From Octopus vulgaris (Eukaryota): 64,000 bases of DNA. Positions within the stretch are counted from its first letter, which is position 1; every line of letters begins with the position of its first letter. The notes below the pieces were generated by a model. That model searched no databases. It saw only the letters and a program-made list of their open reading frames with translations, and was not told where the DNA came from. Below are positions 1-31,513 of the stretch, one piece after another. The translations under genes were made by a program, and so were the position numbers. Location: assembly GCA_951406725.2 (NCBI GenBank), contig OX597815.1, forward strand, positions 92,256,001 to 92,320,000, written 5' to 3'.

Positions 1-1480
1 AAATACACTTCATCACAAGAATTCCCTCTTATATTTAGTTTTCATCATAAAAGATAATGAAAAAATTTTTTAGGGAAACCGGTATTAGTTCTTTGCTTTC
101 ACTCATTTCTATACATGAAGTTCCTACCTACTAATTACTTATCTCTATGGTGGAAGCCTTTATGATGTTAGCTGATCTACTAGAAACAGTAACTAAATTT
201 CCCTCAAGCTATGCTGTATCACCTTAAAAAAAGGACACATTGAAAATGTAGACCAGATTATAATAAAACAGTCCTTGAAAACTAGTGATATTCTGCATGA
301 ACAAAAAGTAATATAAACAGAATATGTTATATGACATGAGAAAGAAGTCTAATATTTCAAGTGTTTCCTCTTCAGAGAGAGAAAAAATTAGTCTTATTGA
401 TAGGCTAAGCATCCAAAATGTTAGACTTCTCATCTTCATGGTATAAAATATATTCCACTGTGTGGACTGTTTGTAGTCCTGGATATACTGAATAAAGAAT
501 CTATGCTGTTTATCATAGTTATGATCAATCAGAGTTGACCTGGGCTAAGTAATGACAATTGATTTTAAACAAATATTTAAAAGACCTAGTATATATACAT
601 ATATCTATAATTTAAAGGTATGTGGTTAGGAATTAAATCCTTGTGGATTTCATTTTATACATGTAGATTCTTTGCAATATTGTCCCACAACATGTAGACA
701 TTACTCATGCCACAATAAAGAACAGTTTAATTAAGGATTTTTATTCACAACAAATTTAATGTGTGTGAACTAAATTATAGCAACTGTGTGTATATTGTAT
801 AACTGTGACACTTGTGCATTGATGTGGAACATTTAAAGAAAATGCTATAGAATGAAATAAATTGTTTTGAAAGGCAGCTGTAAAATGGGTAGTAGTTACT
901 TGTAAGTCATTGAACTCAGGTACGACATAGATTATACAGATGTGAAAGTATTGATAAAACATGAGGTAATCAGAGTGAAGTCAAATAAAGCAAATGAAAT
1001 TGGTATCCAAATTGCAAGCAGCTAGTGGCAAAATTGTCTGTCTCTCTCTCTCACTTTCACTTAATTACACATGCCATGCAGGGCTACTTATGTATGTACG
1101 TATATCTATATATATAAAGATGAGAATCTGTGTCTATGTGAATCCCTGAAACTTGAGAACTACACTACCAATTTCATTCAAATTTTACACATGCCTTACT
1201 TAGGGTCCATGTAGTGTCATAGGCCCAAAAAATTTTTAAGTTCTGGTCTAGTGCGAGCCCACAGCAATATCATATCTTCTCCATTTCAGTATTACGTGTT
1301 AAAAATAAAACAAAAGCATCTCTCTATTGTAATGTCAGATACTTTCACTTTAATACTGAAACTATTATATCACATATATACAGGCATGCATACATATATA
1401 TATATAAATATGTGTGTGTATACATATGTATATACATATAGATGTACACATATATACACCCATACACACACATATACATA

Positions 1481-1800
1481 GGTGCAGGTGTGGCTGTGTG
1501 GTAACAAACTTGGTTTCAAAGCACATAGTCTTGGGTTCAGTCCCACTGTTTGGTGACCTGGCATGTGTCTTCTGCTATAGCCTCAGACCAACCAAAGCCT
1601 TGTCAGTGGATTTTGTAGACAGAAACTGAAAGAAATCAATCATATATATATATGTAAGTGTATGTGTGTCTGTCTGTGTTTCTCCCTCTTCACCACTGCT
1701 GTTTGTGTATTTACATTCCCATAACTTACTGGTTTGACAAGAAGAAACTGATAGAATAAGTACCAGCCTTATCAACATAAAAAAAAGCACTAGGCAGTGT
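1481..1800 (+). mobile_element. tRNA-derived SINE (octopus-type)
   Basis: tggctgtgtggtaa (A-box-like), gggttcagtccc (B-box-like), shared core ...aaagccttgt.agtggatttt..agacagaaactgaaagaa; many copies in the window. Confidence 0.75.
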
Positions 1801-1912
1801 CTCATATTTTTGTTTGCCTACTCAGTTGTATCTATCAATTTATCTTTGTGTGTGTGTGTATAATACACACACACACACATATATATACATGTATGTATAT
1901 GTGCATATTCAG

Positions 1913-2830
1913 ATCTATTATATCAAAGTCAATGTCTTTATGTGTGTTCATTTGTTATACATTCAAAAACTGCTGCACCGATCCTAGTGAAATTTGGAAT
2001 CCAAAATCCAAGCCTAAGGAGAAGGGTAATGCTGTGTGTTTCATACAATTTCATGGATCCTTATGATATTTGGAACTTAGATTCAATGCGCATGGGCGAG
2101 TATAATGCAATATGTTTGGTTTGAATTTCAGATGGCTTAATGGGGGGCAGAAAATTCATAAATTTTCGATGTTGATGAAATTTCAACCGTGGGTAATTGA
2201 CACACATCAAGATATATTCTAAAAGTTTCCACTTAATGATTATTTCAGTTGGGTCATGCCCTTCCAATTGCTATAGATTCGTGATGTATCTTATGGCTGT
2301 GCCTATCACCTGTATGGTGAGGAATCCTACATTGGGAGTGGTAACGACTAGGGTATGGTACCTGACTGCTTATTGTGATCATTCATCTTTTCGGTTCCTG
2401 TAGCTTTGCTCTTTTTTACAAACCCAGTGAACATAGATGTATTTCCTATTTCAAAGAAATTCAAACAATAGATGTAAGACCCAAGTTAAAAAGATTCCCA
2501 ACAATTCAACTTCTCTGGTTGACATTAAGACACCCACCTGCAATCGGGGGCTTTAACTCCCACATTTTAGAGCTCCATGACCTTCCATTTTTCAGGAGCA
2601 AAATCCCTTTAACAGGTTCTATAAAACTGGAATTTTGGAATCTGCATATAAAAATCGGTAGTATGGGATACATGTGTCATGATTAGAAGTTTTTTAGGGT
2701 GTGTAAAGAGGGAAATGACCCTCATTTGCAATTTTGATGAAATTCGAATCACAGGTATTCCAGTTCATTACAGAAAAGTCTAATTCTTCAATTGCATGTA
2801 ATAAGGGCACTGTCGGGTATCCCTGCTAGT
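1913..2830 (+). mobile_element. Helitron-like non-autonomous element
   Basis: 5' A|TCTATTATAT start and 3' gggcactgtcgggtatccctgCTAG|T end (GC-rich subterminal hairpin + CTAG, no TSD). Confidence 0.5.
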
Positions 2831-3601
2831 GTGTCTGTGTATGTATATATACACTATCAGAGATACCCGACATTGCCCGTGTTACATGTAATTGAAGAAT
2901 TAGACTTTATATATATATATAAAATATAAGTTGTTACATATATAAATGTCCACCTGCTCCAGAAATTAAGAATAGATATGATGCATCATTATCATCATTT
3001 AATGTTTTTCATGGTGGCATGAGTTGAACAATTTGACAGTGTTCATTGATCTGAGTTTCATCAGGCCCAAATGTCGGCTTTGGCATGGCTTTGCTGGCTA
3101 ATACCAACCACTTTTTTTTTTTTTTTTTCCTGTAATACTGGTATTTTTGAGGTTACGAAATAACTTGCAAGACAAAGGAAAAAACTTCTCGGACTAAGTA
3201 GGGGGAGGTGATTTTATGCCAGTTGTTGAGGGCTAAGTGGTACAAGGACAGACATAGGTGTGTTGCTGTTGAGGAGTTACATGGCTACCCCACATTCTGC
3301 AAGGATGGATAAGAGTAACTGGAAGGGAGATAAAGATGGTGGTGACAGGGTGCCAGAATGTACCCTTAAGGTAAAAGATGTTGCTAGACATTGGATCAGT
3401 TGGAAAGAGATGGTAATTTCATAAAAGTGTGAGAGGAGAGTGACTGATGATTAGAGATTAAATTAGTGGTGGATGTAGTGAGTGATTAAAAAGGCATGGC
3501 TGTGATGGATGGTAACTGTCAGTATGTAGAGAGATATAAATGGCTCAGGAAAGAGGGGGTGACAAGCAGCAACAAAGGAGGTGTGGAGAGCAGCAATATC
3601 A

Positions 3602-5745
3602 CATCATCATCATCATCATCATTTAATGTCCGCTTTCCATGCTAACATGGGTTGGACAATTTGACTGAGGTCTGGCGAACCAGATGGCTGCACCAGACTC
3701 CAATCTGATCTGGCAGAGTTTCTACAGATGGATGCCCTTCCTAACACCAACCACTCCGAGAGTGTAGTAGGTGCTTTTACGTGTCACTGGCACAAGAGCC
3801 AGTCAGGCGGTACTGGCAACGGCCATGCTCAAATGGTGCTTTTTATGTGCCGCCTGCACAGGAGCCAGTCCAGCGGCACTGACGACGACCTCGCTTGAAT
3901 GTTTTTTCACGTGCCACCAGCACAAGTGCCAGTAAGGCAGCGCAGGTAACGATCTCGCTCGAATGGTGTTTTTTTACGTGCCATCATCACAGAGGCCAGC
4001 TTGTTGCTCTGGCAACAATCTCACTCATATGGTACTCTTAGTGCTCCACTAGCACAGATGCCAGTCATCAAATTTGATTTCGATTTCACTTGCCTCAACA
4101 GGTCTTCGCAAGCAGAGTTTAGTGTCCAATGAAGGAAAGGTACGCATAAGTGGAATGGTTACACCCCTGGCATAGGCCATGAGGTTATGGTCTCACTTTA
4201 GGTGGCCGAGTCTTCTCAAGCACAGCATATTTCCAAAGGTCCTGGTCACCAGTCATTGCCTTGGTGAGGCCCAGTGTTCGAAGGTCATGCTTCACCACCT
4301 GGGTCTACCTCTTCCACAGGTTCCCTCAACTGCTAGGGTGTGGTATTTTTTCACACAGCTATCCACATCCATTCTCGCCACATGACCATACCAGCATAGA
4401 CGTCTCTCTTGCACACCACAACTGATGCTTCTTAGGTCCAACTTTTCTCTCTTGACACTATCAATCTGTCGAGTATGCACACTGACATTACATACATGCT
4501 CCATTGGAGCATACTGGCTTCATTCCTTGCAAGCTTACACATGTCCTCAGCAGTCACGGCCCATGTTTCACTGCCATGTAGCATGGCTGTTCGTACACAT
4601 GCGTCATACAGTCTACCTTTTACTCTGAGCGAGAGGCTCTTTGTCACCAGCAGAGGTAAGAGCTCTCTGAACTTTGCCCAGGCTATTCTTATTCTAGCAG
4701 CTACACTTTCAGTACACCCTCCCCAGCTACTGACTTGGTCACCTAGATAACGGAAGCTATGAACTACTTATAGTTTTTCTCCCTGGAATGTGGCAGAAGT
4801 TGTTCTCTGCACATTTTCAGTGTTATTTATTGCTCCTGAGCATCTGCCACATACAAAAACTATCTTCCTAGTTAGCCTTCTTTTGATATTGCTGCATCTC
4901 TTATGTATCCATAGCTTACACTGGGTACATCTTATAGAGTTTCTACCTATGCCTTTTCTGCAGATCAAGCAGTGCCATCAACCTGAAGGGATTTGTGGTT
5001 TGCCTGCCTTCCTACTTATTAGGACTTTGGTTTTAGCTAGATTGACTCTAAGGCCTTTCGATTCTAATCCTTGTTTCCTCATTTGAAACTTCTCCTCTAG
5101 TTCTGATAGTGACTCAGCTATTAGAGCAAGGTCGTCAGCATAGAGGAGTTCCCAGGGGCATCCTGTCTTGAATTCCTCCATTATTACCTGGAGAACTATG
5201 ATAAGGGGGGAGGGCTGAGGACTGAACATTAGTGGACCCCTACCTCTACCCTGAATTCTTCACTGTACTCGTTGCCAACCCTCACCTTACTGACAGCATC
5301 CCTGTACATGGCTTGCACAGCTCTCACTAACCATTCATCTATCCCTAGTTTCCTCATTGACCACCAGATAAGGGATCAGGGGACCCTGTCAAAAGCCTTC
5401 TCCATGTTAACGAAAGCCAGGTACAGGGATTTATCTTTTGCTAGATATTTCTCATGCAACTGTCTTACCAGAAATATAGCATCGGTGGTGCTTTTCCCTG
5501 GCACGAACCCAAACTGACTCATCTCTAATTAGTTGGGCTATGACCCTCTCCGTGACCTTCATTACCTGGTCCAAAAACTTGATACCTCTTTAATTATGTA
5601 AAGCTTCACCTTTACCTTTGTAGCAGTTGACTATTATGCTGCTACATCAGTCATTTGGTATGACTCCTTTGTGTATCACCTGGTTAACTATATGGGTGAC
5701 TAGGCTATAGCCGGCACTGCCAGATATTTTGAGCATCTCTGCAGT
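3602..5745 (-). mobile_element. 5'-truncated, decayed RTE-clade LINE with (GAT)n-tailed 3' UTR
   Basis: - strand fragments WELLYADDLAL, GLRVNLAKTK, LYDACVRTAMLHGSETW, WYGHVARM, GRGRP; multiple stops/frameshifts; catcatcat tail at 3602. Confidence 0.9.
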
Positions 5746-6259
5746 ATATATGTAGATTGATCAGAAAGTAGGAAAATGATATGCAGGTGTGAGACTTGAG
5801 GGGAGGAAGAGAGTGATGTTGCAGAAATGGAGGTACGCACAGGTGTCTATAGTGTGTGGGGCAACAAGTGGAGGCATCAATAGCAGATATGAGAGGGTGT
5901 TGAGAATGACAGCTTTACTTGTCTCCTGTACATGCTAGAAAAATGGAAATAATATTAGACATAACTATTTTTGTCACTGCGTATTTATTTCGACTGAGAT
6001 TATTCTAATGCTCCATGTATTTGAGCACAATCCAGCTCTCTTGACTAAAATCTTTTTGTTTTCCCCAAATAATTTTGAAAAAGAAATTTTGAAGAAGAAA
6101 CAATATTCTAAGGTTTAATAATATTTTTATAAAGTGATTTTTAAAGTTGGTTTTATTATCAATTTAGTATTTCATCTTATACTCAATAGCTGATGGAAAC
6201 TTGTGTATTTATCACATATTCTTCCCAATGAAACATTCAACTAAAATTTTTTTTGTTAA

Positions 6260-6442
6260 CCCTGTTGATACCAACTTGCCTGAAACTGCCCTGGTTCTAT
6301 GAAATAAGCTTCTTATTTTAAATGGATCTAAATGAAAACTTCACTCCAAAGTTTTATGTTAATTTATATTTCAGACACCAGTTTAAAAAGGACAGTGATT
6401 TTATTTATAGTGTATTCCAAAAGAAATATGGTAACAAAAGGG
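6260..6442. mobile_element. piggyBac-type MITE
   Basis: TTAA (6256-6259) CCCTGTTGATACCA ... TGGTAACAAAAGGG TTAA (6443-6446). Confidence 0.75.
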
Positions 6443-6711
6443 TTAAATGTTTAGATTTCAAAAGCACATACATCTGAAGTAATCCTTAATTTAGAAATAA
6501 AAAGATTTAGCTTGAATCCAGTCTGATAGTATGTAGATATTCAGAAAATAGATGCCTGAGGAAAATTAGAGATCAAAACTGGTTAAAACATAGTGTATTT
6601 CTTAAACTTTACATCTCTAAACATAAAGTAAAATAGTCTGAAAAATTATGATTACCCTTGTTATTTGTATAATTTCATTTTTTTTTATACCTGATTTATC
6701 TGCAGGTGAGA

Positions 6712-24573
<17,862 letters not shown>

Positions 24574-24920
24574 CTTTGGAGATCAAATGGAAATTTTTGA
24601 ATTGTACATATTTCCTACACAGTGTGCTTACAGGAAAATCAAATTGCCTATCAAACCTCAGAGTTCACCGGAGAAATTGACAGGGAATTTCATGAATGCA
24701 TCTCATTACTAAAATCAACTACAGCAGAATCATTTTTGAAGATATAAAGTCCATAACTTCATTGGAACTTTGTTCTTGTCTCAAATTGCCGTTGTTACAT
24801 TCTTTTCCATTACCTTCACATTTCTCATACTTTGCAATGGACATATCTATATCTAAGTTTGATTCTATCATCATCATCAACCTGTACAATTTTTAAACAA
24901 TTAGCTAATTACACTATTTA

Positions 24921-24950
24921 AATAAATAAATAAAAATGCTGTTGTTTTGA
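24921..24950 (+). terminator. Candidate WDR5 polyadenylation signal (overlapping AATAAA hexamers followed by a GT/T-rich element)
   Basis: aataaataaataaaaatgctgttgtttttg about 350 nt after the stop codon. Confidence 0.55.
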
Positions 24951-26919
24951 ATGATTCTGAGTTCTGACTAAATGTTCTGTATTCAAAAATATTTTTCACT
25001 TTTTTATTTGGATCTCTCTCTCTTTTCATAAGAGAGACTTTTGTAAAGCCAATGTGATTGATGTTTCATTTGAACACATGTAGATCAATGTTTCTTGGAA
25101 TGATGTGGGTGGGGAACAAATTCCAGACAGTTACAATTCTAGTGAAGACTGACAGGGCTGAATGCTTAGAGCATTCATGGGAAACAACATAGAATGGATA
25201 ATGAGAAAAGGAAAGCTTAATGCATCACATGGAAGGGGTATGCAATTCAGGAAGCAAAGGCTCCAATAGTAGTGATGGGGAAACAGTATGAGTGGGAAAA
25301 ACACTCTTAAGAGATGTTTTGTTGTATGGGCACAACATGAAGTTGGAAATAAAACAGACAGCATATGTGGTAGCTTTATTGTAAATGCTAGTTACAGACC
25401 TAACCTGAAATTAAAGAATAAAAAATAAGTTCAAAAAAGTAAACAAGTAAACTTTGTATGAGAAAAGAAACTTTTTTTTTAAAAATATACTTAGTGTATC
25501 TCTTGTTTTTTAATCTCAGACTTGCTCCAAACATGAGATGAAAACAACCTTTAACTATAGAGTGGTGTACAAAGTTTTAGATATCAAAAGGAAGTTTATT
25601 ACCCAATGCAATGTTTTCTCCAAATTATAATGTATCATCTTTCTACCAAGAATCTGGTGATCACTTTCAAGTGATTTCATTTTGCAAAGAACACTGACTT
25701 GTTGTAAGCAGTAATTATTTACTAATTGCTTTCAATCTATGTTGTGTTTCATCATAAAATTTAGTAAATAGTTGATGTTAATGATAAATATTTTAAATAT
25801 ATTCGATTAATTATTATTATTAAAAATCTTTTTGTCTCCTTTGAATGGAAAAAAAAACAAGAATCGTGCCAATTTTTATCGCAGTTGCTTCCAATTAATA
25901 ATAGAAGACTATATCTGGATCTACCTGAATTATACCAGTAGTACTGTTTGAACTGAAAATGGTGTCTCTGTATGACTGTTCAATCTGTTAAAAATAACTT
26001 CCAAGCCTCCTTAAAATAACACCCTACTTTCTTAAAAAAGAGAAACATTAGATAATCTAGTTCTCCATCCAGTATGTAAAGAAGACAGAATGGTCATGGC
26101 TGGAACACCGCTTCACTTAATAAGGGATGATTTGGGTTTAAACAAGAACCAGGAGAAATACGACTACTTTATTACTCCTGGATTGTTCTTGCACATTTCT
26201 AACTTAGGTATTACCCATGTATTTATTGAGGTCCTTGCTACTAAAGTATTTGCATAGTTTCTACTTTGGTAAGTGACTGAATCTTCACTAGTTTTCAAGA
26301 CTTTTGCAATAACCATCAATTTCCAGTTTCTCATTCTTCACCAAGATCTGCCACACAAGTAGCAGATTTAGAAAAAGGTTGCTGCTCTTTTTCTTGGCAT
26401 CATAGTGTACTAACAAAGCATAATTATGATACACACTCTAATAAATAACTGTAGAGAGTGTTACTTGGTGTACAGTGCAGTCATTTTTATTTAGCTTGAG
26501 GACTGACCTGATCAAAAGCAAACCTATGATTGTTGGCATTCCAGCCATGATATACCTATCGCTTTAGGCTTACATTTGGTTCAGTATGCCCCTTTTCTTG
26601 GTTCTGATTATTTAGCACCAATTATGAGTTAGTAAGAATGATGAATACAATTATAGTATTGGTTTTACAATGTTTAAAAGATGACAAATTAGTTAAGTTA
26701 ATGAACTACTTTTGCTAAACTAGTGACTTAAAACTAAAACCCATGGCAGATCACTCTCACATTCCATTCTTTCTCTTGTGTTCACATTCCCACAATGTCA
26801 ATTTGGTTAGATGAAACTGATCCTGATTTTTTTTATCAAGCAAAACTACAGAACCTGCCAACAACTACATCATTATGGAAAGAACTTTCTTTGCCAGTTG
26901 TTATCTACCAAACTGTTGC

Positions 26920-27815
26920 ACATGTAGCAGAAACATGTTCATAGTTAGGCTCTTTACCTTTAGGTACCCACATTTTGGCTCATCACATGATGCTCAAATC
27001 CTAACTTTATGTGGGCTATCCACCACATCATATGACAGACTAGCCAAGTACACCACCATCAGCTACATTGGGGAAGCTTTTCCCGCTATTTCCTCAGTGA
27101 TATGGGTCGTCATGATGGAGTTCAGATCTTCAGCATGAGAGCAGCTTTATTCCACTTTGCAGCGTTAGTGAGGAGAGAATTGTTAGCAGAGTTGTTTTGT
27201 TGCCAAGCTTTGTGTTTTTCCTGCATACATCTACATCTTCAAGAAGCACATGGAACCAATGTATTTTAATTAACAGGATTATTCATGTGTACCAGTTTAC
27301 TGTGTCTTCTATTAGTGGTGAAATAAATGTGGCAGTCAACTTTAACTTGTGTCTTCATATTTCTTGATGCTCTTTATGACTCATTTGAAACCAGATTATT
27401 ATATTACCAGGGTCTTAGCCACATGCACTCTTATTCACCTCACCAAATGTATGATACAAACTCCCTAACAAGTTATTGATATTAAGATAATGATACCATT
27501 TCATCTTGCTAATTTTGTATGTATGTGTGTGTGTGTATTATATGAATATATGTAGCAAGTATATGTCCACAGTTTTCTTGTCTACCTTTAGATACCCAAA
27601 TATCGACTCATATGCTATGTTTTCTACAAGTAGCCATGTGACGACTAGGTCCTAGCTTTATGCGGACTATCCATCCCATCACGTGACAGACCAGCTGAGT
27701 GCAAGCAAATTGTGTCTGTTCGCTGGAGCCTACTATCAACTTTAAAAAGAGGAACCTTTCCTGTTATTCTTTAGTGTGATAGGATAGCATGGTCAAGTTC
27801 AGATTTCAGCAGAAA
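26920..27815 (-). mobile_element. Penelope-like remnant with diverged direct repeats (pseudo-LTR-like)
   Basis: 26920-27140 and 27550-27815 align as diverged direct repeats; the intervening DNA only weakly resembles a GIY-YIG C-terminus. Confidence 0.4.
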
Positions 27816-28109
27816 GGAAGTTTATTTCACAGATACCTTGATGCATTACATCTGTTCCTGTCCTCTAGCAGAAGCCATGTCACATATTTGTTTTCCTGTT
27901 CTATCCAAGTACCAACACCATGAAAAAAAAAATTATGTATATTTTCTGACAGCATCATTCAAGATGGATTTCAACAATTTTGCCATGTTAATGCTCTTTA
28001 ATGGGTTGAATAAAATCGTTGCATTTAACACTACCTGGTTTTATCTACATACACACGTATATTGGAACTCAAAGCAGCTTAATTTTTCAACTAATCATCC
28101 TGTTAAATA

Positions 28110-28540
28110 TATATTAGCGTTAGGAAGGCCATCCAGTAGAAACCATGTCCAAAACAGACAATTGGAGTCTGGACAGCCCTCCAGCTGGCTACCTCCTATC
28201 AAACCGTCCAGTCCATACCAGCATGAAACACAGGCGTCAAACAATGACGTCGCCTGACTGGTGGCATGTAAAAAGCACCATTCGAGCATGGTCAATACCA
28301 GTGCCAGTGACACGTTAAAAAGCACTCAGTACACTCTCTGAGTGGTTGTTGTTGCGAAGGGCATCCCGCTGTAGAAACCTTGCCAGATCAGATTGGAGCC
28401 TTTTGGCTTGCCAATTTTCAGTCAAATCGTCCAACCCATGCCAGCATGAAAAGCGGACGTTAAACGATGATGATGTTAATTATATATATATATCACCATC
28501 ATCGCTCAACGTCCGTTTTCTAAGTTGGCATTGGCTGGAC
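28110..28540 (+). mobile_element. Tandem RTE 3'-tail repeats plus a short inverted tail across (TA)n
   Basis: ...aacccatgccagcatgaaaagcggacgttaaacgatgatg followed by the reverse-complement tail at 28495-28540. Confidence 0.75.
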
Positions 28541-28543
28541 ACT

Positions 28544-28574
<31 letters not shown>

Positions 28575-30752
28575 ATGTGTGTGTGTACATACATATACAT
28601 GAGCCAATGTTGGAGGCCTCTACACTATATTTCGACCTGCAAGAAATAGGTCCCAAATCTCCCTCAAATCACATCTCGCTATCTTTAAAAAGAAGTACAA
28701 ATTGAACAATGCGCATTTACAACAATGACTACACCCGAAATATTTTTAATTAAATATTTGCTCGGTCGAAACTGACAAGCGAGATACACACAAACAGACG
28801 AGATAAAAAAAAAAAAGCACGTGTTATTTGTAATTTAATATTTTTACGTCGCCTTGATAAAGTCTCCTTTGGCTTTATCATAATTGAATGATGTGAGTAA
28901 ATATACCATTTATGACTCATTTATATCTATATATTTTTCAAAATTGCCGAATGTGTGCATTGTGTATCGGTTACTAAGTCATCGCCGTTTTATACCGGAG
29001 GTCAAGGACGTTTAGTAACGTACGAATTCTGAGGCTTTAACCAAATCATTATGTGCAAAGATAATTCTTTGTTTTATTCTGTTATGGAGTCCTATGTAAC
29101 TCCGGATAGAGCAGATCTATGATCAAAGACATTTCAGCTTTTATCACTCAATTTAAAGTTTGTTTTTTCATTCACAGTGCTTCCGGTGCTCTTGCTTTTC
29201 TTTTCGCTTTTTTTTGTTTTTTAAAGATGATAGAGTATATGAAGATATTGCCCCTGGTAGGTGAAACTTGTTTTACTTGAAATAAATTTCGACATGTAAG
29301 GAATACGTAAGTCAAAAATGCAATAATTTTTAGAATGACAATTTTTAAATAACATCGTTATCAAATTGATCACGTAAGTCTTTAAAATTCAAGTTACTTT
29401 TAATGAAAAACAAAAGAACGACAGATGTAATTCCGAGACAAAAATAGATAAGACCAACTTATTGGTATTGGAAGGAAAAAACTATGTTTAGAGGAAACAT
29501 TTATAAAATGTAATAAATATAAATTAGAAATCGTAATTAAAATGAAATACTAAAGACAAATTAGAAGCCAGCGGGTAAAACTTAACTAAGTTATTAGCTT
29601 CGTATCACATTCCCCTCTCTTAAAAAAAATTGACACAGGCAAGACAATCACAGATGTAGAAAAATATGGGACGTTCATGGATGGAACGCCTTTAATTGTC
29701 TGTTACATCAGGACACGAGATTATACAATAAAAAAATATAAGTTCGTAATTGTTTTGTTTTGTTTTTAATTCAAAATTTTTTCGGAAGTTTTTCTTTTGT
29801 TAGTTACGTCTTTGTTTGATGGAGAATTACTCCAGCTTTATTATAGAACCTCTATCATATTTTATAACTGTTATTCTATTAGCTTGCAAAATTCTCGACT
29901 TTTATATTTTACAACGATATGAAATAAATGTCAAATAAGGCAAAAAGTCTCACATGAGATCAATATTTTTTAAGACAAAATATTACACACGCACACACAT
30001 ATATAAAGATAAAGTGTATTAATCTAAACAAAGGAGACCGGTGTCGTTCACAATTTTCCCTCGTAAATCTTTTTGTCAAAAGGAAAAGAAAACGGGATCG
30101 GATAGGACTACTGGTTTGGCCACTACAGTTGGTGTTTAGGAATCGAGTGAACAGCAATGGCTACTACAATAAAAGCAAAGAATATTTAATTTCTTTGTTC
30201 CTATATGTTATTAATATCTCTCAACATGACTGCTGCTATCTTTCTCTTCTCACTAAAATAACTATTTTATCCTTTAAATAGGTCTCAGCTATGTCAAATC
30301 ATACCATTCCATTCTAAACATATTCCGTACGAATCAACAAAAGAGCCTCTACATGGTCGCTCGAGATAGTAGACATAGCAATCGAATCTACCTTAGATCT
30401 CACTCTTCTGTTTTAAAAATGGACATTAATATGGTTCTGGTTTTCTAATGGAAAAAAAGATGGGAGGGTCACGGCTGGAATGCGTTTCATCATAGGTTTG
30501 CTTGATCAGTGTTGACCTTTCAAAATGCAAAGTTCATTGAAAAAAATATTATTTCCAAAACGTACAGGTCTTCTGTTTCTTCCTTACAGCATAAAATTAA
30601 CTGCTTGATACTCCTATTTGTTTCTTGTTGATGTTTTGATTTTTAACGCCAGTAACAGACACGTCTGTTTTCAAAACAAGATTGAAAAGGCTCTTATACT
30701 AATTGTTCAGGGCTAAGAAATTCAGTTTTGTCATGGGGAAAATTATCAAGGA

Positions 30753-30966
30753 CACCGGGCATATGGCGTTAAGAACGCGGGCTTCTAACCCCAAGATTCC
30801 GAGTTCGATTCCAGGCAGTGACCTGAATAATAATAATAATAATAATAATTACATTGAAAAGTACCTTAGGAATGAGAACCCAAGTTCCAAATTTCCCCAA
30901 GACACCTGATGAAAGTTGGTGGATATATCAGCAGAAACGTTAACAACAAACAAGATGAGGACAAAT
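30753..30966 (+). mobile_element. tRNA-headed SINE-like element with (AAT)n and a hammerhead-like core
   Basis: tggcgttaagaacgcgggc (A-box-like), gagttcgattcc (B box), (AAT)8, ctgatga...gaaac at 30906-30938. Confidence 0.65.
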
Positions 30967-31513
30967 GTATAGACTTGGGCAGTATATCAATTTCAAAAAC
31001 TGATTCTAGAGAATTTTCGGTATTCTTTCGATATGACTGGACAGAATCAAAACACTTCAATTCGGTTGTTTCCGTGAAAGCATGTGTCTGTGTCTCGTCA
31101 ACTGTCAGTTGACGAAATGGGAGGAGGAGAAGAAAGCTAATGGGTTGTACGTGCGTGCGTGTTCGCTTGTTCTTGTCTGTGTTTGTGTGCACGTGCGTGC
31201 TTGTTCTGTGTGTGTGCCTGTTCTGTTTTTATGTATTAATGTATTGTGGAATATAGATATAACGAAATTACGCTAGTAATGTCTTAAACTTGAAGAAAAA
31301 AAAACCTTCATGTTTAAAATGAGACACTGCTGGCATAAATCCGTTATATCTATGTTCCACAACACATAACAAGCAAACAAGCACGCACGCACGTACAACC
31401 CATTCGCTTTCTTCTCACATTCCTTGATAATTTTCCCCGTGACAAAACTGAATTTCTTAGCCCTGAACAATTAGTATAAGAGCCTTTTCAATCTTGTTTT
31501 GAAAACAGACGTG

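Noticed and set aside
30753-30825. Functional tRNA gene
   Set aside because: No complete cloverleaf or acceptor stem; it continues into a SINE body.
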